From: a candidate division WOR-3 bacterium
GTDB taxonomy: Bacteria; Hydrothermota; Hydrothermia; B15-G9; WFZT01
DNA: 20,487 nucleotides
NCBI GenBank assembly: GCA_027053075.1
Contig: JALUEE010000006.1
Coordinates: 1-20,487 of the forward strand
Direction of reading: 5' to 3'
Shown here: positions 1 through 8,644 of the stretch, one piece after another
Position numbering within the stretch: position 1 is the stretch's first letter
Layout: each line of letters begins with the position of its first letter
Position numbers and translations under genes: made by a program
The notes under the pieces: model-generated
Database searches by the model: none
What the model was told of the DNA's origin: nothing
Seen by the model: the letters and a program-made list of their open reading frames with translations, nothing else

Positions 1-2
1 TC

Positions 3-536
3 ACTGTGGGAACGATAGTAGTGGCATACGCTTTCAAGCGATGGAAAAATTCTCCGGGCGGTAAGAAAATCTGGGACAACATCGTTCTGAGAATGCCGAT
101 TTTCGGTAATTTAATAAAGAAAAACGCTATTGCGAGATTCACAAGGACTCTTGGAGTACTCGTCAATAGTGGCGTCTCCATCCTTGATGCGCTCGAGATT
201 TCAGCCCAGACAGCAGGTAACTATGTAATTGAAACTGCTATCTTGAAGGCCAGAAAGAGTGTAGGTGAGGGTAAAAGTATTGCAGGTCCCCTGAGACAGA
301 GCGGTGTTTTTCCTCCTCTTGTGACGCAGCTCATCGAGATCGGTGAGAAAACCGGTAGATTGAGTGATATGCTTAACAAGGTCTCAGATTTTTACGAAGA
401 AGAGGTGGATGCTGCGACAAGCGCACTAACATCCATAATTGAGCCTGTAATGCTCGTATTTATCGGGGGAGTGGTTGGCGGTATTCTTCTTGCAATGTAC
501 TTGCCAATATTCAATCTTGCCTCGGCAATAAAATGA
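3..536 (+). CDS. pilC: Type IV pilus inner-membrane platform protein PilC/GspF family, 5'-truncated by window edge
   Basis: C-terminal T2SSF domain motifs (RFTRTLGVLVNSGVSILDAL, FPPLVTQLIEIGEKTGRL, IEPVMLVFIGGVVGGILLAMYLPIF); frame is open to the window start; followed by a PilS/PilR-like pair. Confidence 0.93.
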   Translation, partial: TVGTIVVAYAFKRWKNSPGGKKIWDNIVLRMPIFGNLIKKNAIARFTRTLGVLVNSGVSILDALEISAQTAGNYVIETAILKARKSVGEGKSIAGPLRQSGVFPPLVTQLIEIGEKTGRLSDMLNKVSDFYEEEVDAATSALTSIIEPVMLVFIGGVVGGILLAMYLPIFNLASAIK

Positions 537-2329
537 GATTTTCATCGCGGAATTTATTCGCAGACGACTTTTTCTTCAAGCGGGACTCAATAGCAATTTT
601 CAAACTCGTAACCCTATCCCGCGTGCTGATAGTGGCTGCAATTTTGCTGTCCATTTATCCCCTTCTGAGAAACCATTCATCCGGTCAAATCGGTCTTCTT
701 ATCCTCACCTTTGTTGGAATTTCGATTTTGTCACTTCACTTTTACGATAGATTTAAAAATAACGACCTCGCACATGAATACGTTGCACTGTCCCTCTTCC
801 TGGATTACATCATCATTACCACGACGGTCTTCTTCACCGGTGGAATATTCAGCGATTTCCTTTATCTCTACTTTTTCATCCTCTTTGAGGCATTTGGCTT
901 TTTTGCCTATGAAGGCGTGATATTTTTCACTACACTGGTGATTTTAACCGTATTTGCCATTGCCACTCTTAACTACTTCGGGATTAATACACCTTACAAA
1001 GGTTTTATCTCCCCTGAGGACCTAAAGAAACTTCGCTCACTCCAGATCAACGTGATCGTGACTCTCAAGGTAATCTTCTTTATGGTTGTAGGTGCTCTTC
1101 TCACCTACGCGAGCAGATTTCTGGAGAGGTCAAAAATTGAGGCTCAGGAAGCGAAGGCTGAGGCAGCTCAGGCCAAGGTAGACCTTAAAAACATCGTGGA
1201 CAGTCTTAATAGCGGACTTATCGTGTTTGATCCCCGGGGGAACATACTCTACCTCAACAATTCAGCAAAGACCATTCTGGGGCTCACGAAAATTCCACCA
1301 ACTAACATGGATGAACTCAAAATGTTGAAACCCGACTTTGCGAAAAGGCTGGAAGATGCGATAAAAAATCTGGACACCATTGACAGGGAAGAAATCACCA
1401 TAAAGTGCGAAAAGAAAGCTAAACCCATAGGTCTTTCACTTTCCTACGTATGGGACGAGCTGGACGAGAACATAAAATACGTGATCGTTGTTTTCCAGGA
1501 TATAACTGAAGTTAAGGAGATGGAAAGAAGATTGAGGGTAAAGGATAGATACTCTGCCATCGGAGAATTCACGGCCCAGATAGGCCATGAGATAAGGATA
1601 CCTTTAAATTCATTGAGCGTCGCCATCGGGAAGGCTCAGGAGATTTTTAGGAGAAACAACCTTGAGCTCACTCCCAATGAGAAGGACATTTTTGAAATTG
1701 CAGAAGAAGACATCGTAAGGATCACAAATTTCGTTGATACTCTCCAAATGTTTACAAGTGGCGGTGATTTTAAACCTTCAATATTTCCTATTGGAAAAGA
1801 GTTCTCAACTATTGCACAGAATGCGGCTCAGGCAATTGCGGATGTTGAAGCAGTTAACTACTTGATTTCAAACATTGCAAGTCCTGATGTCTTTGTAGAA
1901 TTTAGCAAAAGCAATCTTGAGCAGGTTTTACTTAATCTGGTGAGAAATGCCTACGAGGCGATCATCGGCTCTGAGAAAAAGGAAGGATTTATCAGCATAG
2001 TTCTTACCGATGGTACAAAGCCTTATGTTATTTTTAACAAAACCGAGCATGAAATTCCACTGGAAATCAAAGAGGATGAAGTGGCGGTTATAGTTGAGGA
2101 CAATGGCCCTGGAATTCCTTATGAGGATATCGACAGGGTCTTCCTGCCATTTTTTACAACTAAAAAAGAGGGAACAGGTATTGGTTTGAGTATCGTTAAA
2201 AGACTTGTGGAATTGAACGGTGGTGAACTAAAATTGTATTCTTATGAGGGAGTAGGAACAGCCTTCGTGATTTTACTCAAAAAATACAGGGGCAAAGGGA
2301 ATGGAGAAAGAGAAAATCCTGTTAGCTGA
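533..2329 (+). CDS. Membrane-bound PAS-domain sensor histidine kinase, PilS/NtrB-like
   Basis: About 6 N-terminal hydrophobic helices, PAS-like segment (IVDSLNSGLIVFDPRGNILYLNNSA), H-box GHEIRIPL, N-box QVLLNLVRNAYEA, G-boxes EDNGPGI and GTGIGLSIV; ATGA overlap with pilC. Confidence 0.9.
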   Translation: MRFSSRNLFADDFFFKRDSIAIFKLVTLSRVLIVAAILLSIYPLLRNHSSGQIGLLILTFVGISILSLHFYDRFKNNDLAHEYVALSLFLDYIIITTTVFFTGGIFSDFLYLYFFILFEAFGFFAYEGVIFFTTLVILTVFAIATLNYFGINTPYKGFISPEDLKKLRSLQINVIVTLKVIFFMVVGALLTYASRFLERSKIEAQEAKAEAAQAKVDLKNIVDSLNSGLIVFDPRGNILYLNNSAKTILGLTKIPPTNMDELKMLKPDFAKRLEDAIKNLDTIDREEITIKCEKKAKPIGLSLSYVWDELDENIKYVIVVFQDITEVKEMERRLRVKDRYSAIGEFTAQIGHEIRIPLNSLSVAIGKAQEIFRRNNLELTPNEKDIFEIAEEDIVRITNFVDTLQMFTSGGDFKPSIFPIGKEFSTIAQNAAQAIADVEAVNYLISNIASPDVFVEFSKSNLEQVLLNLVRNAYEAIIGSEKKEGFISIVLTDGTKPYVIFNKTEHEIPLEIKEDEVAVIVEDNGPGIPYEDIDRVFLPFFTTKKEGTGIGLSIVKRLVELNGGELKLYSYEGVGTAFVILLKKYRGKGNGERENPVS

Positions 2330-3698
2330 TGACGAGCCCAATATCATTAGACTTCTAAGTGCTGTTTTAAAGGATGAAGGATACGAGGTAAAAACAGCGG
2401 CAAACCCCAATGATACCAAGAAACTCGTGGAGTCATGGAAACCGGACCTCGTACTGCTGGACCTGGTGTTTAAAGGCTACGAAGAAAACGGAATGGATGT
2501 GCTGAGGTACATTAAAAAAATTGACCCTTATGTGCAGGTTGTCATCATCACAGGATACGGAAGTATAAATTCAGCCGTGGAGGCCATAAAACTTGGTGCC
2601 TACGATTACCTGACAAAACCCCTGAAACTGGAAGAGATCAATCTGATTACAAAAAGGGCCCTCGAGGCAAGAAGGGTAAAGCTTGAGAACATAGAGCTGA
2701 AAAGAGAGGTAGAAAGGTATAAAGCGCTGATATTTCCTGACATTATTGGAAAAGACGAAAAATTCCTGAGGGCCCTTCAAACGGCGAAAACTGTTGCAAA
2801 ATCTGATGTAAATGTTCTTATCACCGGTGAAAGTGGTACAGGGAAGGAGCTCATCGCCAATGCCATCCACAAGATGAGTAAGCGAGCAGGTGGCCCCTTT
2901 GTCGCAGTCAATATAGGGGCAATCCCGGAAGACCTTGTGGAATCCGAACTTTTCGGTCATGTTAAGGGGTCCTTTACCGGAGCCTACAAAGACAAGACAG
3001 GGCTTTTTGAGCAGGCACACGGAGGCACGATTTTCCTTGATGAAATAGCCGAAGCCTCACCAAGGATACAGGTAAAACTATTGAGAGTGCTACAGGAGGG
3101 CGAGTTTTTCCCGGTCGGTTCAGAAAAGATGAAAAAGGTTGATGTCAGGGTAATCGCCGCCACAAACAAGAACCTCGAGGAATTGATGAGAAAAGGAGAG
3201 TTTCGAGAAGACCTTTATTACCGGCTTAATGTTGTGAGAATTAACTTGCCACCTCTGAGGGAGAGAAAAAGTGATATACCCCTTCTTGTGAACTATTTCC
3301 TGAAAAGGATGGAGTTGAAATACGGAATGGGTTCCAAAACTATCACCAGTAGGGTGCTTAACATCTTTATGCAGTATGACTGGCCAGGTAACGTTAGAGA
3401 GCTCGAAAACACCATAGAAAGCATGTACATCATGTCACCTGAGGATGTAATAGACGTGGATGTGCTCCCTGACAATATCAAGGACAAAGCAGGAATTGCC
3501 ACCTTTTCTGAAGAGGAAATTGAAAACCTGAGCAAGGAAACCATCATAACCCTTGATGAGCTTGAAAAGCGGTATATCCTCAAGGCACTTGATGTCTTTA
3601 AATGGAACAAAAAGCGGGCGGCCGAGGCCCTCGGGATCGACACTTCTACACTTTATCGAAAGCTTAAGAGCTACGGTATCTCATCACCGGATAAATAG
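2301..3698 (+). CDS. Sigma54-dependent response regulator (REC-AAA+-Fis HTH), PilR/NtrC-like
   Basis: Receiver (LLADDE...LVLLD...K), Walker A GESGTGKE, ESELFGHVKGSFTGA, Walker B IFLDEI, FREDLYYRLNV, WPGNVREL, C-terminal HTH AAEALGIDTSTLYRKL; overlaps the kinase by 29 nt. Confidence 0.95.
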   Translation: MEKEKILLADDEPNIIRLLSAVLKDEGYEVKTAANPNDTKKLVESWKPDLVLLDLVFKGYEENGMDVLRYIKKIDPYVQVVIITGYGSINSAVEAIKLGAYDYLTKPLKLEEINLITKRALEARRVKLENIELKREVERYKALIFPDIIGKDEKFLRALQTAKTVAKSDVNVLITGESGTGKELIANAIHKMSKRAGGPFVAVNIGAIPEDLVESELFGHVKGSFTGAYKDKTGLFEQAHGGTIFLDEIAEASPRIQVKLLRVLQEGEFFPVGSEKMKKVDVRVIAATNKNLEELMRKGEFREDLYYRLNVVRINLPPLRERKSDIPLLVNYFLKRMELKYGMGSKTITSRVLNIFMQYDWPGNVRELENTIESMYIMSPEDVIDVDVLPDNIKDKAGIATFSEEEIENLSKETIITLDELEKRYILKALDVFKWNKKRAAEALGIDTSTLYRKLKSYGISSPDK

Positions 3699-3744
3699 GC
3701 AGACGTAATTATTATTGGTAAGTTCATCTCGATGAGAAAAGTTG

Positions 3745-3807
3745 CCCCTCTCCCAACCTCCCCCCACGCACTTCGTGCGTGGGGGGAGGAGAAAGGTGGG
3801 GGGATTC
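3745..3807. repeat. Intergenic hairpin + mirror-tail repeat, copy R1 (tails on both sides)
   Basis: Perfect 15-bp stem CCTCCCCCCACGCAC (3757-3771), loop TTC, GTGCGTGGGGGGAGG (3775-3789); left tail CCCCTCTCC, right tail GGTGGGGGG. Confidence 0.92.
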
Positions 3808-3916
3808 CTTAAAAAATCTATAGAGAGTTATACCTGCTGAAAATGTGCTCTAAAGTCCACGAATACCATGCAGAGTCGATGATCTCTGAAATAGGTGGGT
3901 GTAATATCACACCTTT

Positions 3917-4288
3917 TTGTTTAAAATACTGACAATGCTGGCTTACATTTTCCTTATTATTGTGCCGGAAACTATTGTTTTTTTGACGGTTTATTACTTT
4001 AGAAGCGGCGGAGCCAATACCTATACCCTTTTCTTGTATTTAATTCCGGCTGTAGGTTCTTTTCTACCCTTTCTCATGTTAAAAAAGACCGGCAATTTCC
4101 CGGAAAAGTTAGATGTGAAGAGTTATTTAAACACAACCGGGATGAGTATGATTTCACTTTTCTACAATTCCACTGCACTTCTTATGTGGAAACTTGGGGC
4201 GTCTTTTTTATGGCTCCTGCCGATTTTCGTAGTTGAGCCCATTGTAGGATTGATTTATCATTCTCCTGTAAAGAGGGTTGGAAATTGA
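3917..4288 (+). CDS. Hypothetical small integral membrane protein (about 4 TM helices)
   Basis: 123-aa ORF with four hydrophobic stretches; its stop overlaps the TTG start of the next gene (TTGA). Start uncertain (TTG 3917 or ATG 3935). No family recognised. Confidence 0.6.
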   Translation: MFKILTMLAYIFLIIVPETIVFLTVYYFRSGGANTYTLFLYLIPAVGSFLPFLMLKKTGNFPEKLDVKSYLNTTGMSMISLFYNSTALLMWKLGASFLWLLPIFVVEPIVGLIYHSPVKRVGN

Positions 4289-5022
4289 AAATATTTATCG
4301 TGTCGGATAGTCATTTTGGCCTGGAATTGCCAGAGTTTCCTGATCTTGAGAGGAGGGAACGCTTCTTCAGTTTCCTCGAGGATATAAAAAATGAGGCGGA
4401 TGTGCTTGTCCTGCTTGGGGACATCTTCGATTTCTGGTTTGAATACAAGAGCGTCATCCCAAAAATCTACTTTGATGTTTTGAAACACTTATCAGATTTC
4501 ACTACAAATCACAGAGTAATTTTTGTGGGCGGGAATCACGATATGTGGGCAAATGGATTCCTTGAAAGTATAGGGATGGAAGTCTATCCCGAGGATTTTG
4601 AGCTCCAATTTGGTGAGAAGAAGATATTCCTTGCCCACGGAGATGTACTGCGAAAAACTGACCTCGGTGGCAGATTAACGAGACTCATCATGGGAAATAG
4701 GGTCTCAAAATTTCTGTATCGCTTGTTACATCCTGATCTTGGTGTGGCACTTGCCCATTTTGTCTCCAGGCAATCCCGAGTGAGGTCAATAAGAGAAGAG
4801 TTAAAAAATCCTGTGAATCCCACGGTTCATGAAATTTTAAAGGATGGATACGATGCGGTGATACACGGCCACATCCATTATCCCCTCATAAAAAAGTTTG
4901 ACTACGGAATTTTTATGTCCACAGGTGATTGGCTCTGGCATTTCACCTACGGAGTAATAGACGAGCAGGGCCTGACGCTTAAATATTTCCTTGAGGACAA
5001 AGAAGAAAAAGCACCCTGGTGA
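4285..5022 (+). CDS. lpxH: UDP-2,3-diacylglucosamine diphosphatase (LpxH-like calcineurin-type metallophosphoesterase)
   Basis: Motifs SDSHFG, LLGDIFDFWFEY, GGNHD, LAHGD, HGHIH; the GDIFDFWFEY and 'LHPDLGV' segments are typical of FCB-group LpxH-like proteins. Confidence 0.8.
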   Translation: MKIFIVSDSHFGLELPEFPDLERRERFFSFLEDIKNEADVLVLLGDIFDFWFEYKSVIPKIYFDVLKHLSDFTTNHRVIFVGGNHDMWANGFLESIGMEVYPEDFELQFGEKKIFLAHGDVLRKTDLGGRLTRLIMGNRVSKFLYRLLHPDLGVALAHFVSRQSRVRSIREELKNPVNPTVHEILKDGYDAVIHGHIHYPLIKKFDYGIFMSTGDWLWHFTYGVIDEQGLTLKYFLEDKEEKAPW

Positions 5023-5078
5023 CTGTTTTTATCATGAGTCTGCTCGGAAAAAATTAGGAGAAAATCAGATTTAAAGAT

Positions 5079-5139
5079 GAATCCCCCCACCTGTCTCCTC
5101 CCCCACGCACAAAGTGCGTGGGGGAGGCAGGGAAGGGGG
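5079..5139. repeat. Intergenic hairpin + mirror-tail repeat, copy R2 (inverted relative to R1)
   Basis: Perfect 14-bp stem CCTCCCCCACGCAC (5097-5110), loop AAA, GTGCGTGGGGGAGG (5114-5127); aligns with the reverse complement of R1 at 55/63 positions by manual alignment. Confidence 0.92.
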
Positions 5140-5201
5140 TATTTTCCGACACTCTCTTTACCATTGAAAAATCAGTGCGGTAAAATTAACATAAAACCAC
5201 T

Positions 5202-6713
5202 ATGGAATTCTTCCTTGCATTAATTCTTACATTCAGTTTGCCAAATTTTAAAATTGTCAAAACTGTGGATATTCCCCTCGCTACAAAAATTATTTTCACA
5301 GACCTTAATAGAAATGGTGCTAAGGATATCCTTGCGTCAACAAGTAATGGGCTTTTATTCTTCCAGAACGACAACCATGGATTGTATGTGGAAATTCCTG
5401 TAAGCACCTCAGCCGAGATTACAGATTTTGTAACAACGGATTTGAATGGTGATGGAAGTGAAGATATAGCTATCCTCGAGGAAGGGAAAGAGCTAAAAAT
5501 ATTGAAAAACACGGGGATAGACGGGTTTACACAGGTATTTGACCATACGCTTGTTTCCTCAGGTTTCACCTCTCTTGCGGTAGTTGATTTTAATAGGGAC
5601 GGTATCCTTGATCTTTACCTTTCAAATCCCGGGAGTGGAGATGTGGTTTTTCTCGGAGAAGGCGGCTTTGAATATGTTCCTGTGGCTCTCCAGTCAATGA
5701 GCAGAAGGTTTATTCCCATAAAAAATCAATCAGGTGTGCTCGAATATCTTCTCGCTTCGGATAGCTCACTTAAAACTTTTGGTAAAGAAAAAGGAATACC
5801 GCCACAGGTCTTTGAAGTTAGACGACAGGAATCAAGCAAAATTGAAGTAGCAGATCTGAATAACGATGGCAGGCTCGATATTGTTAACCTTAGCCCCGAT
5901 GGCACCCTCTCGATCATGGACGATTCAAACGAAGTTATAGCAGATAATGTCGCTGACTTCACAGTTAGTGATTTTGACATGGATACCTACGAGGATATTG
6001 CGGTACTATTCACTGACCACAGTTTTTCAATCCTCAGGAATACAGGTAACGGCAACTTTGAACCCAATACCTTCGTCTCGATTTCAGAGGATATAGGTAG
6101 AGCCTCCAGAATTTTTGAAAGCGATTTTAACAATGACAATATCCCTGATGTCGCCTTCTATGACGGGGATAGGCTTATTCTGGCTGAGAACGAGCTTCAA
6201 GATGCCCATTTTGTCGCACTGAAAATATATCCTGTTTCCAACTCATGGCTCTCAGTAGCGAAACTTTACTCGAATCTCGGCATAGAGACGAGGGTTTTCA
6301 AAGGGGATAAAATTGTTTTTAGTGCCCCTCAGGAGATTGATTCTATTGAAATTTACAGTCCTGACTCAGGAATCACCGTCCTGTACGATCTTGTAGCTGA
6401 TACCACGTACAAAATTTCTCTAAACTCTCCTGTAGCGGAAATCGCAAGGCCAGACTCCGGTCTCCTCAAGCTTTATCCCAATCCAACAGGTGCTCTTACA
6501 TCTATTGAGTACAATCTGAAAAGTCCGGTATTTGTTAAAATCGAGTTGATCAATAGTGGAGGACAGACCCTGTATTTAATTGACTCAGGCTTTAAGGGGT
6601 CTGGAACTCATCGCCTACTCTTCAACACCGAGGACTTGAAGCCCGGGACATATTTCATCCGGGCAATCCTCGGCAAGAAAGTTTACCAGAAAAAACTCAT
6701 CGTCCTTAAATAA
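5202..6713 (+). CDS. Secreted FG-GAP/VCBS-repeat beta-propeller protein with T9SS type A C-terminal sorting domain
   Basis: Hydrophobic N-terminus; repeated Ca-binding motifs DLNRNGAKDI, DLNGDGSEDI, DFNRDGILDL, DLNNDGRLDI, DFDMDTYEDI, DFNNDNIPDV; C-terminal LYPNP...IEY...G.H...LKPGTYFI...KKLIVLK. Confidence 0.85.
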   Translation: MEFFLALILTFSLPNFKIVKTVDIPLATKIIFTDLNRNGAKDILASTSNGLLFFQNDNHGLYVEIPVSTSAEITDFVTTDLNGDGSEDIAILEEGKELKILKNTGIDGFTQVFDHTLVSSGFTSLAVVDFNRDGILDLYLSNPGSGDVVFLGEGGFEYVPVALQSMSRRFIPIKNQSGVLEYLLASDSSLKTFGKEKGIPPQVFEVRRQESSKIEVADLNNDGRLDIVNLSPDGTLSIMDDSNEVIADNVADFTVSDFDMDTYEDIAVLFTDHSFSILRNTGNGNFEPNTFVSISEDIGRASRIFESDFNNDNIPDVAFYDGDRLILAENELQDAHFVALKIYPVSNSWLSVAKLYSNLGIETRVFKGDKIVFSAPQEIDSIEIYSPDSGITVLYDLVADTTYKISLNSPVAEIARPDSGLLKLYPNPTGALTSIEYNLKSPVFVKIELINSGGQTLYLIDSGFKGSGTHRLLFNTEDLKPGTYFIRAILGKKVYQKKLIVLK

Positions 6714-6714
6714 A

Positions 6715-8133
6715 ATGAACCCGAAAATTCTGGAATTTCTGAAAAACTTTGAGGGTAAAGTTTATTTTGTAGGTGGATTTATACGAGACCTCCTTATGTC
6801 CACCTCCTACCATATCCCCGAAAATCTCGATGAAATAGTGCAGAAACCTGTCTCGAATGACATTGACATAGCAGTTGAGGGAAACCTCGATGAATTCTTA
6901 AAAAAATTTAAGGAGAGATTCAGGAATAGAATCGTTCCGCTTAAAGAGGAGATGGGGCAGTTTAGAATAATCCTCGGACAGGATGCCTGGATGGATGTCG
7001 CTTCTATAAAAGGGGCGGGCATCATAGAGGATTTAAAAATTCGTGATTTTACAATAAATTCCATGGCCGTTTACATTAATGAGCCAGGCAAACTTATTGA
7101 CCCTACAGGAGGACTTGAAGACTTAAAACATGGCTTAATACGCTCGTTTTCGAAAGGAAACATATCAAGCGATCCCCTGAGAATCCTTAGAGGTTTCAGG
7201 TTCCTGTCAAAATTCTGCTTTGAGATAGAACCCGAAACTTTGAACTGGTTCAGGGAATTAAAAAATGGACTTGCAAGAGTCGCAGCCGAAAGAATCCACT
7301 TTGAAATAATGGAAACATTCGCCGGTAAATGCCTACCCCGTGCACTTGACTTAATGGTTGAAACAGAGGTTCTATTTGAGATATTTCCTGAGCTTTTACC
7401 TCTAAGAGACACATGGCAGGTTTACTATGGACGTCAAAATCTTCTTGAGCATACGATTCTTGCCGTAAAAAAGCTCCATTATCTTATAGAGAATCTGGAT
7501 AAAGTTGAATTTCTCGCCCCTTACAGAAAATATTTCGAAAGTTACATCCAGGATAAGAAGTGGCGTGCAATCATGCTTCTTGGCGCACTTTTCCACGACG
7601 TGGCCAAACCCGCCACGCTGACCAGAGATGAGGAAGGAAGAACCCATTTTTACGGCCATGACAAAGAAGGGTGCAATATTTTTGAAGGAGTGGCGGAAAG
7701 GCTGAAGTTTTCAAATTTTGAGAAGGAGAAAATCTGCCAGTTTATTCGCTCACACATGCATCCCCACCTGATCGCAAGGGAAAGTGATCGTACAAAAAGG
7801 GCCGTCAATCGATACCTCAGAAAACTGGAAGACCTCGCATTTCCTTTAATCCTATTTGCCTTTGCTGATGCCATGGCATCACCCCCACAGGAGGGTGGTT
7901 TTGAGGGGCATAAAGAACTGCTCAGAATGATGGTAGAAATCAAAAATGAAAAATCCAGGAGAAAAGAGAGGATCATCACAGGGAATGATTTAATCAATCT
8001 CGGTCTCACCCCTTCACCCATCTTCAAAGAAATCCTCGAAGATGTTGATGACCTCTTTACCGAGGGAGTTATTAAAACAAAGGAACAGGCTTTAAAATAT
8101 GTAAAAGAAAAGTACCTTTCCGGCGTCAAATAA
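6715..8133 (+). CDS. cca: Class II tRNA nucleotidyltransferase with HD domain (probably CC-adding type)
   Basis: VGGFIRDLL...DIDIAV (motif A), EDLKIRDFTINSMA (motif B), DPLRILRGFRF (motif D), ERIHFE, HD domain EHT...LFHDVAKP...FYGHD, C-terminal ITGNDLINLGL. Confidence 0.88.
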   Translation: MNPKILEFLKNFEGKVYFVGGFIRDLLMSTSYHIPENLDEIVQKPVSNDIDIAVEGNLDEFLKKFKERFRNRIVPLKEEMGQFRIILGQDAWMDVASIKGAGIIEDLKIRDFTINSMAVYINEPGKLIDPTGGLEDLKHGLIRSFSKGNISSDPLRILRGFRFLSKFCFEIEPETLNWFRELKNGLARVAAERIHFEIMETFAGKCLPRALDLMVETEVLFEIFPELLPLRDTWQVYYGRQNLLEHTILAVKKLHYLIENLDKVEFLAPYRKYFESYIQDKKWRAIMLLGALFHDVAKPATLTRDEEGRTHFYGHDKEGCNIFEGVAERLKFSNFEKEKICQFIRSHMHPHLIARESDRTKRAVNRYLRKLEDLAFPLILFAFADAMASPPQEGGFEGHKELLRMMVEIKNEKSRRKERIITGNDLINLGLTPSPIFKEILEDVDDLFTEGVIKTKEQALKYVKEKYLSGVK

Positions 8134-8149
8134 ACCAAGGAGGCAGGAA

Positions 8150-8644
8150 ATGAAGGTTGCAGTAATTTCCGATACACATGACAACAAAGAGGCGATAGAG
8201 AGGGCATTTAAATTGATTGAGGAAAGGGGTATAAAACTTACCCTGCACCTTGGTGACATAATTTCACCCTTTGTCTCGGATTTTATAAAGTCTGTCTATA
8301 CCGGCAAAGTCATTGCCCTTCTTGGCAACAACGACGGGGAAAAATTCTTTCTGAAGAAAAAGTTCGAGCTGAACGGTTACGAGCTCAAAGAACTGAAACC
8401 GGTAAAGTTAGAGCTCGATGGCAGAAAAATCTTAATGATGCACGAGCCCATCGAGGTGGAATCCCTTGCAAAATCCGGAGATTTTGACATTATCCTCTAT
8501 GGCCACCTTCACAAAATCGACAATAGAAAGGTTGGGAATACGCTGATACTGAACCCTGGAGAGGCCTGCGGCTATCTGACAGGCAAGAGAACCCTTGCCA
8601 ACCTCGACCTTGATGAGATGAAAGCGGAGGTGGTGGAGTTCTGA
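8150..8644 (+). CDS. YfcE/MJ0936-family metallophosphoesterase
   Basis: ISDTHDN, HLGDI, GNNDGE, MHEP, YGHLH, LNPGEACG motifs; SD GGAGG upstream. Confidence 0.9.
   Translation: MKVAVISDTHDNKEAIERAFKLIEERGIKLTLHLGDIISPFVSDFIKSVYTGKVIALLGNNDGEKFFLKKKFELNGYELKELKPVKLELDGRKILMMHEPIEVESLAKSGDFDIILYGHLHKIDNRKVGNTLILNPGEACGYLTGKRTLANLDLDEMKAEVVEF

Noticed and set aside
2941..2985. GSFTGA instead of GAFTGA in the activator
   Set aside because: A common natural variant of the sigma54-contact loop.
3757..3789. R1 and other copies as simple rho-independent terminators
   Set aside because: R1 has no U-tract after the stem (only R4 has a T run nearby), orientation is independent of the flanking genes, and the mirror tails are unexplained; incidental termination cannot be excluded.
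7650..8207. Long antisense ORFs (also 2571-3020, 5186-5569, 13234-13602, 17258-17614 and others)
   Set aside because: They lie opposite well-supported genes, have no recognisable motifs and look like shadow ORFs.
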